Source: Schmidtea polychroa
Taxonomy: Eukaryota
NCBI GenBank assembly: GCA_044892525.1
Contig: CM097887.1
Coordinates: forward strand, 87,894,397-87,958,396
DNA: 64,000 nt
Reading direction: 5' to 3'
Below the pieces are notes generated by a model. That model was given only the letters and a program-made list of their open reading frames with translations. It had not been told where the DNA came from and made no database searches. Each line of letters opens with the position of its first letter. Within the stretch, counting starts at the first letter, position 1. Both the position numbers and the translations under genes were made by a program. Below are positions 34,464 through 49,213 of the stretch, in pieces.

Positions 34464-37400
34464 TATTTTTGTGACTGGACCTGTTTACTCTATCAACTGC
34501 TATATCCGTACAGTATTACGCAGTTATACACCCGTTTGCACTGAATAAACGCATCTATAATATGGGTTGGTATGAACAACCAATTATAGAAATTTAATTA
34601 TGTTAATTTATTGATTTATTTATTAGCTACAAAAACTCAAAGCTATTTTAACTATTTGTATTTAGCCATTTTAGAAATTGCTTTCAAGTAATTTTTTTTT
34701 ATTAAAAGTAAACTTTTAAGGCTTGAATATTGATCCATATAGATATGAAATCATTATTCAAGCTCTTAAATAATACTTTTTATCAACATTTTTTATTATA
34801 AATTATTTTTAATTAATTTTTCACGAGTTTTCGATGTTATTGTTATTATTTGGAATTATTTCAATGTTTTATTATTTCATTAAATACAATTTATTAATCG
34901 CCAAAAATATCAATTTTTTACAACATTTAGGGGAAACGGTAGATGTGTTGAAAATAGTATTTTAAATTTTTATATTCGTCTTTTTTTCAGTTTGTCAAGT
35001 TCTGAAATTCTATAGAAATATTAATTTTTAAATTTAAGTTAATAAAATTTGAGATGACCTGCAAATCAATCAATTCAATCAAAAAGTTTAAATAATTATT
35101 TTGATTATATTATTCAAAATTTATTATTATAAAATGGTCATTATTATAAAACCGGCTTGGTATGCAACGTTCTAAAATGGCTTGGTAAATGGCGGGTTAA
35201 ATGCTTTTATTCATTGCAACGATAAAAATCAACACATAGGTAAGTTTGTATGTTTATAAACACATACACATTTTTTGTTTTATATTATAGGTGCGTTTAT
35301 TGAGTGCAAACGGGAGTATGTAAGAACATCTCGACGCTAATAAAGCCAGTGTGTCTGACATGACCAATCTAGGTAACTAACGAACGGCTTCTAAAACTCA
35401 AGGAAAAACTTGCTCCGTATCTTGTGTATATGCATAAATTACGAGCACAAAGCTATGTAAATTAACAGGCCTCAATCTCTACAAGCTTAAATTGATAAAG
35501 TCGCAGTCTAAATCTAATGTACAAAATATTATTAAATATCTAAATAGATATATTATATAATGCCATATTTTAACCATTGGCAATTTATAGTTCACATATG
35601 CTTGGTCCATAATATAATTATTTAGAATCAATAAAACAAAAAAAATGATAGAAATAACAATATAAAATTTAAATTAAATGTTTTCATTAAAATTAATATA
35701 AGTTACAGAATTGAATATGATTCACTCATCTGAATCATGTGATCTCTAAAAATTAATTTATAAGATATCTTAAACAAGAGCAAGACAACAAAAACTTATT
35801 TAATTGTTATATTTTTGTTATATACCAACAAAACAAGAAGGTTGAAAGGGAAAATAAGAAAGGATATATTGACATATTTTTTAAAAATACTTTTCGGTCT
35901 CCTAACATGAAATTAGAATCTACTATTTCTATATCTATTGATAACAAAGAATATACTGGGAATCTTATGTATTAAATAATTTTGAAAAATGTTTATTTGA
36001 CGCTTTTAATGAATTTGATAAATTATAGGAGACATCGGAGCAACGTTAAGAACTTAATAAAACAAAATAACTTTTTAAAGTATATTATATATAAAATATA
36101 TTTTATATTTTACCAAAACGAATAAATTAATTATGCAGCTAATATACAATTTTCCAATCCATCAGGTGATTTTCGATTATATACATATTGCCATTGTAAT
36201 TCAATAAAAACAAACTCAATAAATTTATTGTTTCAGTGTGGATTATGGATAAGAAAAATTTTAATAATGCTAAAATTATTGATATGCATCAATGACATCG
36301 AACAAAATTTTCAAAATATTAAACTTAGAACAATCCAATATTTATAACAAAAATTTATTATTTTAGAAACCTTCATCAATCAAAATTTAATAAATATCAA
36401 ACTTATTTTATTTAAAATTCCTTTTTTTAATAAAATATTTTAATTTAATTATTATGACTGCATTTAATTAAATTTCATGACAAATTATTTTAATTTATAA
36501 TTTATAAATTTATATTTGCTTTATCAATTCAATGTTATATGATTTGTTAAGCCATATAAATTTGAATAAATGCATTGATTTTAAAAATTAAATATATTAC
36601 AATAATTTTCAATAACATTTTTTCAATATTTATTATTTCATTTATTAAATTCGCTTAATAAATTGAAAAGTAAAATTCGCCATTTTACTTTTTTCAGAAA
36701 ACATTTATTTTGAAAAGTTAGACACTTATAATTAATTAAGAATAACAAAATTAATCAAACTTTAATAATCATAATATACTAACATTCTTTCCAGTTATAA
36801 GAAACATATATTCATGCAATAACAAAATAAACTCACATGGACAATAATATTTCTTAAAAAATGAAATATAAATTATTATGTAATAACAATAAAAAATTAC
36901 TATACTTCAAAGATCTTGCTTCGCGTTTATTAAGAATACAAATTTATAGTTCAAATATTAAACAATAACTTATAAATTGCTATTTAATAGGATAAATTAA
37001 ATAAGTTTTCCATTTTAAAATTTAAAAATATATATAATAATTTTCTATGTTTATTTAACATTTTTTAACTTCATCAAAATGCACAATTCAGTCCATCCGT
37101 CAACTTAGTTATGCGACATTAATTAAAACTTCATTAAAGTTTTTTGCAAATTTAATAAGTAACACATTCAAATAAAAAAAACAATTTAATAAAATTTATC
37201 GAAATTGGAAAATGTAACTAAATTATGTAAATTTTGCCATATATTTTTTAGCAAATAATTATTTCGCAGAAAAATTAAAAAAAATTATATTAATCCATAA
37301 AAGAGTAAATAATAAAAATATTAATACATTTATTATTTCGATAATATAAAACTAATAACGAAATTCGTTATCTAACAGTGATTTAAATAAGTACAAAATA

Positions 37401-37631
37401 ACAGAAACAAATATGCACACCATTAATTATCTTCAAACACCGACATAAATAAGTTCAATGGGAGATGCGTTAAAATTTTCAACATTTATTTACATTTACT
37501 AATAAGAAGTATATATATATATCCTAGGACCTAAAAACCATCCAACAAAACGAGAAAATCAAATGTTACAATAAATAGGCAACGTAAACCACACATGTTT
37601 AGGATAGAAAAACATTAAAAGATAATAATAA

Positions 37632-40600
37632 TTATTCCAGCTTTTTTCTACAATTTTGACAAAAAGGATTTGTCGGGTTATGATTTTGAAATTTGCAACT
37701 CCTATTACAATCATATCAGTTTCAATTAAAATATATATTTACTTGCAAATTATCTTCATGTTATTCATAAAAGGGACTCGGGGAATCGGTCCGCCGAATC
37801 GCATAGCATTAGGATTCATGAATGGCGCCTTGTTAAATTTAATAATAAATTATAGTGAATATCCCCTTACATTATTTGATTGACTATTTTGTAGTGACAA
37901 AACTATATTTGCTGCCATAGTTCTAATAAAATTTGCCTGATTATCCACATTTGCACGATTACTGTTTTGTGGTTTAGCTTCATATCTTACCGGTTGACCC
38001 GGCATTCTTACCGAACCCATAGTTTGTAAATTATACACTGTCTGGCCCATTTTACCATTTGGATTCATTTTTCTTTGTTTATTTGCAGGAGTATCATATT
38101 TATTTGATGCCTTATTATTCGGAGTAGTTTTAACTGCTGGTTTATTAGTACTGAAAGATGTAATTTTAATAATTATCAAATAAGTTTTGAATGGAAAATT
38201 CCCTAAGAAAAATTAGAAACAATAAAAAATAGATTTTTAATTTTTAGGTTAGAAAAATCAATATTTTTATTTATGAAAATTTGAAGCACTATTTTCTGTT
38301 TGCCAAAGACTATTTTGTATATTTGATTGAGTATAAAAACAAATGAATAAAGGAAATTGGAAATAAAGACAGGTGAAAAAAATTTAAAAAAATTATGGTT
38401 AATAATTTTATTTAAAAAGGAACTTAAAGCGCTAATTTATTTAGCATGAATTTGATAGGAAAACATGAAAAAATTTTATAAAGTTAATAATTAATTAAAT
38501 GTGAAATTTATTTAGTTCAATTCAGAATTTGTATGGTATGAAAAATACAAAAATTCGCAATAAGAAATAATTTAGCGATTAAATTAGAAATTTATTTTTT
38601 TAAATATAAATCTAATAACAGGATCGAAAATAATGGTGAACATTTTTCTTTTGAATTATAATAAATCAAGTTACAAGAAATAAATTTAAATAATTATCAA
38701 AGATGTGTAAAATTTTCTTTCAACTTAGCTGAAAATAATTACACTCTAATTGAAATTTGATGAAAGGAAAACATGGAAATCTATGTAATTTCACTCAAAA
38801 TCTAATATATTTTAATATTACTGTGGCGTCTCTAGCAAATATTTTTGCATCCATTGAAATAAATTTTAATATCAATATTCTATTTAAGTTTCATTAATTT
38901 TCAAGCAATAATTAACCAAAGACTATTTTTGTCTTTTTGAATTAAATTTTTGAAATTAAAAACTATGAAATGACAATAAAGAAGATCAACTAATAAAATT
39001 GTGTTTTAAAATTCTAAATTATTTTTAAATAATAAAATTGTATTTCGTAAAAAAATTTCTTTTAATTAAAAAATGTGTAGTTCTTTTCAAGTTTCAATAA
39101 TTAAGTCGGAATAATATTATGAATTTTGCAAATAATTGATAATTATAACAGATCTATTCTTAATAAATTAAATATCACCAAACTTTATCAATAAATTTAA
39201 GGATAAATCAAAAATCAATTGTTAAATTTACCTATTTACTTTATCAACAATGGGTTCTGGTGCTTTGACAATATTTGTACTAGGCTTATCAACAATTATA
39301 TCTGAAGATTCTAAAATTTATAAAATAATAAAGTAAAAATTCAGTTAAGTTTAAATATCAGTTTACTGATCTCCTCATTTAATAAAAATTGTACATTATA
39401 TTCATTCGAAATTTAAACACATTCAGTATTGAACTCTTCGTGCTTTAATTATTTTTAAAGTCTTATTTGAAACTTGGAAAATATACCAAAATAAATCTAA
39501 TTAGATTAAACATGAAAAAGGGAAATACCAAAAAGAATATTTTAAAATGTTTTAAATAATAATTCGTCTTTAAAAGATACTTTAGTAAAAAAATTGTTAA
39601 TAAAGAATAATAATTCTTTTTAACATTTTAGATAACATGAAAATGTAAAAAATATAAAGTAATGCAAATGTGCCATTATAAAACTATAACATATTTAAGT
39701 ATATGTTTAAAAAAAAATAACACAGTAAATTTTAAATATAATTAGCAGCAATGAAAAATTTCCTTATATAAGAAATTGTGGAAAATTTAGAATTGATTAC
39801 TTCATTTTCAATACTTAATAAACCAATCTTTCTTTATTTAGTTTTAATTAGATATTAATTCCGCTGTGTCAGTATTTTGTTGTAATTAGTGGAAATTTAT
39901 TAAATTTATTTGTTTTTGCTTATTAAAGTTTTTTAGGAGAAAATTGGAACCTAGTGAGTTAAAAAAACGCTTTAATTTGAATTTCAAATTCGATTTTCTA
40001 CATTAATTGTACTAAATAAAATCAACAATAAATGAATTTTACGAATCATTTCTATAAGTACGAGAAAAGCTCCTATTTATAAGGAATACCTGAAAATAAA
40101 GTTAATTGCATTTATAATTAAATTAGTTATATAGTATACCAAATATTTCAAAAATGTCCGTGCTTAAAATGCTTTCACAAATATTTTATAAAAAATTAAC
40201 TTCAAATTGTGAGGACAAATTGAAACAGATGGAAATTTACTATAAAATATCAGGACATTTAAGAAATATCCATTTAGAATAATAATTTGAAGTGAAAATA
40301 AAATATTAAATTAAATATTCATTTTTAAGATATAAATGAAAGGAGAATCAAAATTCTTAAAAACTTTGCTTCATTCTCCACGAGTATTACCTTCCAATTT
40401 TCTTTTAACGCCAACTTTTTCTTTATCAATCGAGTCATTGTTTGACACGACAGGGGGAGCAATCTCGATCTTATCTGAACCTATATTTGCAATTTTTGGT
40501 TCACTATCAGTGAACCTAGGAGATTCAGAAATATCAGGGACAGGTAAAGGATCGCTCATAACTGTGTTTATGCTGATATCGATGCATTTGTATCCTTGAC

Positions 40601-42756
40601 TAAAGAGACTAGAAGATATAATGTCTACACTATCAATGGCATAGTCCATTATATTGTTTTCATTTATTCCGCCACTAGCTTCGATTAAGACTGAGGGGTT
40701 GATGTTTTTTACCTGTTTCGATACAGACCTGACATCCTAAATACAATGGATAATTGCGCTTTAAAAATTGAGGATTATCCAATAATAATTAACAAAATTT
40801 AAAATACCCTGATATAACAGCATAATTTTATTCAAAACAATGAAACTGATACTTGTAAAAAAGATGTGAAGAAATTTTGTGTTAACTATAAAAAATATAT
40901 ATTGATCTAAAGCTGGAAATGAAGTCAAAAGAAATTGTAAAAAACAGAAGTTTGTAAAAAATACGAAATCACTCAACAATTTTTGACATTTCAATTAAAA
41001 AACCATGGAAGCAAACTGTAATAAATAGAAAATAAAGTATAAAAATTATTTAGAAATATTAAAAATAAATTATGATATTAAATAATTTTAGTAATATTGG
41101 TTCTATAACTTAGCTTTAGTAAAATATAATTTTTATTAGGCATAATAATCAATCAACTTTCAAACAAGCTGCAATAACAAAGTATTTTAATTGATAAATA
41201 AAACAGATATTGCTGTAATATTTTAATAGATTTTTTTCTCATTTTTATTTTAGTGAACTCAATCAGCGTGATAAAACTTAGATTTAGAAAATTAACTTAA
41301 ATATTTTTAATTCCGAGGCGTGGAAACAATTATTTTGTAAAAAATCTTGAAAAAACATTTTTCAAAAAATAAACTTGATAAATGTGATATGAAACAATAA
41401 TTAATCAAAATTTAATAAAATACAGTAAGAAATGGAAGATATAAGATTCACATATTTAGATTTATAGAATTTTGCAGAGACGCCACTAAGGCAAAAAAAA
41501 TCATGAAACATTTTATTAGTATTTAAAATTAATATATTCCCGAATTATTATTTGAATAAGACAATTAAATTAAAAGATTTGGCATCAAATATATTGTCAG
41601 TTTCATTATAGTTATTGATTAATTGAAATAAGTCTTTAACCCTTTGAAGATCTTCATTAATTATTATTTGAATTGTTGAAATTTCCGAAACTTGAAAAGA
41701 AATTGATTTATAGCGTATAAAATTAATCAGATTTTTAATAAATTTGTATATTATCCAAATAATTCAAAACAAATGACAATGTTATTTAATACCGATGAAT
41801 ATAAAATTTATCCTGAACAATATTAATTAGCGTAAGAATTCCATGCGTTTTGAGATTTTAATTTTTGTAACAATTGTTTAATAATATGATATACTGTTTT
41901 AAGAACAATTATTTCTTATTATTCCACCCAACTTGTATTCCTGTGTTCTTAACTAGGTTTTCATCTAGGTTCGATTAAAAAAAATTGTTAAATTAATAAC
42001 ATTTGTAATTTAATTTACAACAATAATACTTACGTTAGTATTAAAATTATCCAGCATAACAACATCAGCACCGGATTTAACTGCTTCTAAAGCTTCATTT
42101 AAATTACCACATTCAACTTCGATTTTAATCAATTTTCCAATTTTCGATCTTAATAAATGTACTGATTTTTCTATACTTCCATTAGCTTTCACGTGATTAT
42201 CTTTAACCATCACCATAGAAGACAGGTCGTAGCGATGTGTTGAAATACCGCCTATATACATAGCGTATTTTTCCACTATTCTGAATCCTGGAGTGGTTTT
42301 ACGACTACCAGTAAGTTCACCATTCCAAACCTTTTTTATTTTAATAGATAATCTATTAGCTACTGTAGCAACTCCACACGCCCGAGTCAATATATTGAGG
42401 GCAGTTCTCTCTGCCATTAAAATTTTGTTGGCGGGACCTTTGACTATACCAATAACCGAAGGCTTATCTATATAACTTCCTTCTAACTCATTCCATTTTA
42501 CTTCACAATCAAAAAACTTGAATACAGCTTCTGCAAATGGCAAACCAGCCAACATTCCTATTAAATAATTAATTATATTCAATAAGATTCACAAAATACC
42601 TTTCTCTTTCATTTCGATTTTACCATTAATAGATTCATGGTTAACAACAAGAGTGGATAAATCAAAATTTGGAATATCTTCATTAATCCAAAATTCCACA
42701 TACTTTTTCAGTACGACGGGACTAATGATTAAAGAAAAATCAGACAAAGATTCCAT
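37632..42756 (-). CDS. QPRT: Quinolinate phosphoribosyltransferase with about 227-aa C-terminal extension ending in a C4 zinc finger (7 exons, 513 aa predicted)
   Basis: Exons 42756-42600, 42557-42034, 40736-40391, 39310-39232, 38150-37871, 37828-37743 and 37701-37632; all GT-AG and phase-consistent. Catalytic motifs GSRKTTPG, HRYDLS, KDNH, IEVE, MLDN and EASGGI are intact. Exons 1-3 are high confidence; exons 4-7 are inferred from splice sites and phase. Confidence 0.85.
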
Positions 42757-43829
42757 AGACTGTTTATTTCGAAAAGTAAATACACGTGAACGATTCAAAC
42801 AACCATATAAATTTTATTTAATTATTTTTTTAAATTTTGGAATTAATTAATTTTCAATTATAATTTTTTATGAAATATTTGTTATATAGTTTTCCTTAAT
42901 TTTTCTAAACCTAAATTAAGATAATTTTGTTATGGAATCATCAAGCTACTGAAAAATAAATTTCCATTGTATTTTAATTTCTTTTAATTCATAAGTCATT
43001 GATTAATAAAAAGATTAATAAGCCTAATTAGAAAAGACATGCAATTAAGAAGAAAACAAAGGTACTGAACAAAATAGGGTACTGTATTTGTTCTAGGGTC
43101 TTATTGATCTCTTGAGGATCTTATCAATCGAATGCCTATGGTGAGATGAAAAGAAAAGATATCAGTTACTCAAGGCACCAATATGACTATTGAATCTAAC
43201 ACCTGTGTATCCATGGTGACAGCCCATGTTGGTGCTGTACACAGTGGCTGGATGTGAGAGGGAAGCCGAGCTCCACTGCAGAAATTACTACTCACTTGCT
43301 GCTTTCGATTATTAAATTGTTCCGCCTTCTGACCAATCTTATAATTTTCTTTTCTACCTCTTTGACTCCAGAACGAACCACATCGCCTCCAGCCTATTGA
43401 TCTGGGTATTAAACTTGCCCTTTTGGGCCTTCAATTGAGACCATTTTTATATTGGCGATACATGATTATTATCTAAATAATGACCATATGCAACACTCTC
43501 ATTGAGGCCTATCCAAGTTTTTTTGTGGTCATTTTTACTCAACCCTTGTCAGGCCAATTGTTTACAATTTGTAGTAAAAATATTTTAAAATTCAATTGCT
43601 CTACTGAACTTTGATAAAAATCAATTTCCTTCTACCTACATTTTCGTATTGGATTGACTAATGAGAAAATGTGTTTGTCGTTTGACTATTATATTCACAT
43701 AGGAAAGTTGAATGTTTACATACTCAACTGCTCAAGTGACTACAATTCGTAGTTTATATACCTATGTGCTATTATTAATTTTTTTAAATTTATTATGAAG
43801 ACATATGACAAGGTAAATACATAAAACTA

Positions 43830-44710
43830 CTCAAAGGTTGTAGCAAAAAACACATTCAGTTTTCTTCACGGTCACTTTGTGATCAGCACAGATATCTGAT
43901 TGACACTTATTACAGGTGTCTCGAGAAGATTTTCCACACATTGTACATCTTCGAGATGTGCTTGTTGTGTATTTACTATGATTTACAGCCTCCTGTTTCC
44001 ATTCTGAAAAACGAAATACATCAGATAGTAAATAGACAAGTAGTAGAATTGATACACGCTAGCTATTACTTACCTGGTAAATCAAAAAATATGCGGTAGG
44101 TTTGGTTGTTACATTCTATCAACCATGTAAGGATATGCCAGGTGGGTGCAAAGATTTTTAATAAACTGCTTCCTGGTAAACGACAGAAAAATTCATCAAC
44201 ATTCTCATCTAGTTGGTCGACGGCCCCTTCAGTCTGATTATATGTATAAATGATGACTGGCTTCTTCGAGCGTCGAAAAGCAGATGTCTTGAGGTTAGCA
44301 CATCGAAGAATAACCCACCGTGTCTCTTCTGTGAATAGTAAATCAAAGAGCGTTAGCTCTTCAGTTTCTTTAGTTAGGCACCTTGCACGCTCATTGACGA
44401 TGTTTCTTTGTAATCTAACATTGTGTAAAGGTTGTTTAGACCACTCAATATTGTCACATACTTCTTGTTAGTCTTCACTGTTATTCAAAGAAGCATAATT
44501 GTTATCACTTTCTTCTTGATCACGTTCTCCTCATTGCTGTCTTCAAAATATAATTCAACATCATTTTCATCATCTTTGAAATCCACCATAGCCTCGGAAT
44601 CACCTGCACCATCTGTCTGTATTTCAGATGGAACTGGAACGGCATCATCTTCGTAATCTTCATCATCTTCAGTTTCACGAACACTACAAATATCACACGT
44701 TTGCATTTTT
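43830..44710 (-). mobile_element. piggyBac transposase relic (internally deleted)
   Basis: Acidic N-terminus, KKPVIIYTYNQTEGAVDQLD core motif and C-terminal Cys-rich domain RRCTMC...CNKC...CADH. Frameshifted. Confidence 0.8.
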
Positions 44711-45495
44711 GTCCATATTCGTTATTGAAGGACCTTTTCTATTTTCAATCTCTCGTAACAGTCAGTGTAGGTCGGATGGTTTAATTTACACCCTTCTTTT
44801 TCATAGTTGCATGATCATCCAGCAAAAGATAATTCATTCCTTAATAGATTCATTACTTATAGATTCCTCCTTTATTTTCGTCTTGAAAATTTACCAATAT
44901 ATCTATTCAATTTAGTGCTATGAATTAAGTATGAATTAAAGGTTTTATTGTTGTTTTTGATTTTTGTTTTCTAGTTTTATTAGACGAGATCACTTTCAAT
45001 AAATAAAATCATAACGTTTTTTGACCGACAGCCTCCAACAGAAACTGTAAGACAGTAATATAATACATTTACACTTACGAGGAGTTGAAGCAGTTTATCT
45101 GTGAAGTTCACACAGTAGCTTCTTGTACCCACTATAGACGATAGCTAGTAAATCGAGGAATGCCCTAATGCTCAAGTGTCTACAAGTGGAAATCCTCCGC
45201 GTTTCCGTGCTAAGGTAAGATGAGTAACTGAGGAGCATTAACGAGCAAGGTTTAAAATTTAATATACTGCCCGACACTATTTTTAGCACAGTAAGAAATT
45301 TCGTTACAAAATCATGAATAATGTAATAAATGAAATAAATTTTGTATGATTGTAATTAATATAGCAATACTTTTAATAATTATCACTACTTAGACATATA
45401 TTATTTTTTGTTTAAATAATATTTGAATTCTTAGGTTTTTTAAAAATTAAAATACGACACAATTTTTAGCACACTTTATTTATACACACTAATAC

Positions 45496-45960
45496 TTAAC
45501 AATTATACAAATTTCCGTGATTACTCAGAACTTTACACAGTCGCAATCTTATTGATGCATAGAAATCCAAAATTTTATGTCGCCTGGTACAGTTGATAAG
45601 AGATATTACATCCGTAATTTCTTTTTCTAAAACAGCTATGTTTAAGAACTGCGGTCCGTCATAAACCATATCTGAAATCATCTTCCAGACATCCTCAACT
45701 ATATTCAAGTCTGGACTTCGTGACGGCCATGTAATCGTTGATATATTACTTGATTTCAGATAATCTTGGACAATCCGTGCTTTGTGTACTGTGCAATTGT
45801 CTTGCTGGAAGTAAAAATTCCTCTTTAGGTTAACTTTCATTATTGGCACAGCAAAGGTCTTCAACAGGGTAATGTAATCGGTCGACTTAAATTTGCCAGT
45901 TATCATGTGGAAAGATAGAAGTCCGTTAGGAAGGATCATCAGCCAGACCATAATTCCATA
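45496..45960 (-). mobile_element. Tc1 (DD34E) transposase, 5'-truncated
   Basis: FQQDNCTVH ... WPSRSPDLNIVEDVW with 34 residues between D and E. Confidence 0.9.
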
Positions 45961-46019
45961 TAAGAAGATCGAAAATTGAGCCAAGATTTTTGGTTTGCTC
46001 GGGTTGGGCAAAAACTGAC

Positions 46020-46560
46020 TTTAGGCCCAAGCATAAGCAACGCGAGAAAATGCGTCTGAACATAAAACGCAAACATACCAGTAAGTCGAGTTAAATTAGA
46101 ATCATGTTAAAACACCAAATAAACATAACTAATAGAATTCACATAACACCAAAATAATAAACTCAAAAGTAAAACTAATATGAAACAAAAACAAGAATTT
46201 TATAGGAAGTCCACTCAAACCTAACATAGATATATAACAGAGGTAAGCAGATTTTAATTAATGACGATAAAAAGAAATAAGAACGGAAATCAGAAAGATT
46301 TTCACAAAATAACATCGAAAAGCGAATTAGAGATAAAAATTACAATGATCCCAAGTGATTCAACTTTATTAATAAAAAGCAACATACAATAATTAAAATA
46401 ACAAAAAGTAAAAAGAAATAACTGGTGGATTACAGATAGACCACATTTTACCCTTTCGTGCTGTTTCCAGCGTAACCCAGAATAAAAAAGTGGTGTACCG
46501 CCCGATACCCGTTGAGTGACCAACGTTGGAACTGTACCCCCACTGAACTCGCTTTGGCCG
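46020..46560 (-). repeat. Structured terminal motif copy D plus T-rich LTR-like domain
   Basis: Minus strand TGGGTTAC-GCTG GAAA CAGC-..-GTAATCCA (46479-46426), followed by a T-rich domain homologous to 50380-50600. Confidence 0.75.
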
Positions 46561-48420
46561 AAATTCGATAATACATGCTCTCTCGCAAATGAGCCAATCA
46601 CTATCGACCACAACCAACGAAACGATGATTTTCATACAGAACCCTACAGCACCCGTATGAATCTAACCTACTCGTAGACCAAAATTTCCCCTCAGACCTA
46701 CCTGATCAACCCAACAATGGTCCTAGGGTAACATCACTATCATTGTTCAGGTAGTTACATTCCCCATTCAACATATACGCTGTTAAAAGCAGTTATCATA
46801 CTTATAACTTCCAATAATTCTTTATGAATCTATTTTACATGCAAGTAGAAAATAAAAATATTTAATTCGCATTTTAAAAAAAGGGAAAAATGATACCTGA
46901 AAATCATGTTTAAATACTCTTTGTAGTGTAAGCGTTAATAATAAGAATCAACATTTTTTTGGATGTTTGTCGTTATTATTTATATTATTATTTTTTATGT
47001 GATTGTTGTTATTTTATTTGTTATTATTTTATTGTTGTTATTTTATTATTTTTACAAGGTAACAAATATTATAATAACCAAAAAATTATTATAAATTACA
47101 ATTTAAAAAAAAGATCGATAAAAATTCAAAAATCAAATTCAGAAAAAAAACTAAGCAACTTAAAAAATCCAAAGAGAAGAAATTGTAATAACCAAAGAAG
47201 AAATAAATAGAAACTCGAAAATATAAGGAATATATATGTCCTCTAACAATCCGGGGCAATTAAAGGAAAACATTTGGCTATTCTTTACCTGGAGTAAAAC
47301 TGAATTGACCGAAATTATAATATTTTGTGTATATGCCAATAGCGCTTTTGATCATTCATTATATTATTCATTACATCTAACAATTCGTCATTCAACTAAG
47401 ATTCCAGAAATTAGATTGAGAATTACCAAATTCGGGAACATATCTGGTCCTGCATTATATCTAACAATTCGGTGTGACCAAAGGGTTTTTTTTCGTTTAT
47501 ATTAACTGAATAAAGTTGTTAATAATTTAATTCTATCGTTATTAATTTATTCAAGTGCAAATATTTATTTTTATTGTACCAAATTCATTTTTCGCATTCT
47601 ACACACAGGTACCCCAGCAGTCCCAAAACAGATTCTAAAGGAGACTCTGGTGGGCTCTCACAATCTCTTAATATACATCTTAATATGCATCGTACTGCGT
47701 CGACTAGTTACCAGCATCATTAAACTTGATTAGTTAGCCCGAAACAAAACGTTAATAACCTCCGTTGACCCAAAATGAATACCTACGGAATTTTTGTATA
47801 CATGAGATTTATTTCTACTACAATTGCAGGTAGAAGAAAGGAAAGAGGCTCGAACAAAGCTCCGAGCATTACGATTCAGCAACATACAATTGGTTTCGGT
47901 GGAAAACCACTTAGCATAGTCGGGGGATTTTAACCTAAAGTTGAAATGAAAATCATTAAATTAACACCATTTAATTACATAACATGATTTAAAATTTTAA
48001 TAAATAATAACTTAACCCAGTAACTTAGGGAATTTAATTTTTATTTATTTTGTAAGAAGAACAACAGGATGGTTTAGCCGGTTTAAATTTTATATATATA
48101 TATATATTTTCTTTCTTAAATTTTGTGGTTGAAAAGGGAATTCAAATCGTGTTCATGATATGTTTTTAAAGAAATATATGTTTAAATTTGAATTTGTGTT
48201 TCAGTGTGATTAAAGTCGAATAATATTTCAGTTCACAATCCTTAATTGCGGGTCAACCTAAACGTTGATGTTGTTACTATTACACGATCAGTAGAAGGGG
48301 AAATAGGGCACACAACGGGTATAAAATAGGGAATCCCAGGGGTTTCAGGTGAGAAATGAGTCTGGGAGAGTTAAGTCAATTCTCTAGGATTTAATTAACT
48401 AAATTTTGTTATTTGAATAG

Positions 48421-48900
48421 AAATGTACTCGACAAACTACTTCTCGGGCTAACGCGTCGACAGCCGAGTCCAATCTAGAAGTGTCCCCAGTGAGGCACGA
48501 GGGACAAACTACTTCTGAAGACGACTAATCTCACAATCAAGCTCTTATCAGACTTCGAACGAGATGGAAATGGTACTGTATCCATGACTGGAGACACCAG
48601 AACGTCGTCCCGGCAGAGCCGAAGGTAGAGCTCTTCATCAACTATACAAAGCAAGCGTTGATGGGGGCCGTCGACGACGTCAAAGCGGCCCTGAATCGGC
48701 TACAAAAACTGGAAACCGAAACCATCGCCGGTGAATTGGAAGATCCCGATGGATACGCTAAGTCTCAATGTTATTCCGAAAGGACTGCCGCCATATGGTG
48801 TAGCGTGGAAAACCCAGACGTTTGCAACGTGAGAGCAGGGAGCCGCGACGAATACTCCCCTCAACCAATCAGCCGCATTGTGATCAGCTGTACATTTTAG
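48421..48900 (+). pseudogene. Repeat-family ORF-a (copy C), disabled
   Basis: Acceptor ends at 48420. ALIRLRTRWKWYCIHDW..ALMGAVDDVKAALNRLQKLE is homologous to copy A. One in-frame TAA near 48526; the first ATG is out of frame. Confidence 0.65.
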
Positions 48901-49213
48901 ACGGTTCTGATGCCGTTGCCATCTCAGTTGACTGATCTGTTTTGACAATTTACTTTATTCCATTTGTCTACAATTTACTTTGTTTAATTTGTTAATAATT
49001 TATTTTGTTTAATTTATTTATAATTTATTTTGTTCAATCTGTTTATGTTTCTAAATTTTGATATGCCTGCATTTGACTTAATTTGGGGATTAACGGCGCT
49101 CTGATACAAGGCCGGAGGGTGGAATCTACGTACAATACAACCTAAATTATATGGGTGCGATTAATTGACTAAATTAACAAGAGAGTGTAACATTAAATAA
49201 TTCATCTTTTCAG

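Noticed and set aside
40371-40649. 92-aa ORF as an independent gene
   Set aside because: Its first 30 aa are the QPRT C-terminus, continuous with an upstream acceptor at 40737.
38821-41488. Inverted GTGGCGTCTCT ends bracketing QPRT exons 3-4 (possible gene-capturing hAT)
   Set aside because: Flanks (TAATATTA versus AGGCAAAA) give no TSD, and the exons splice in frame with exons outside. More likely two solo ends.
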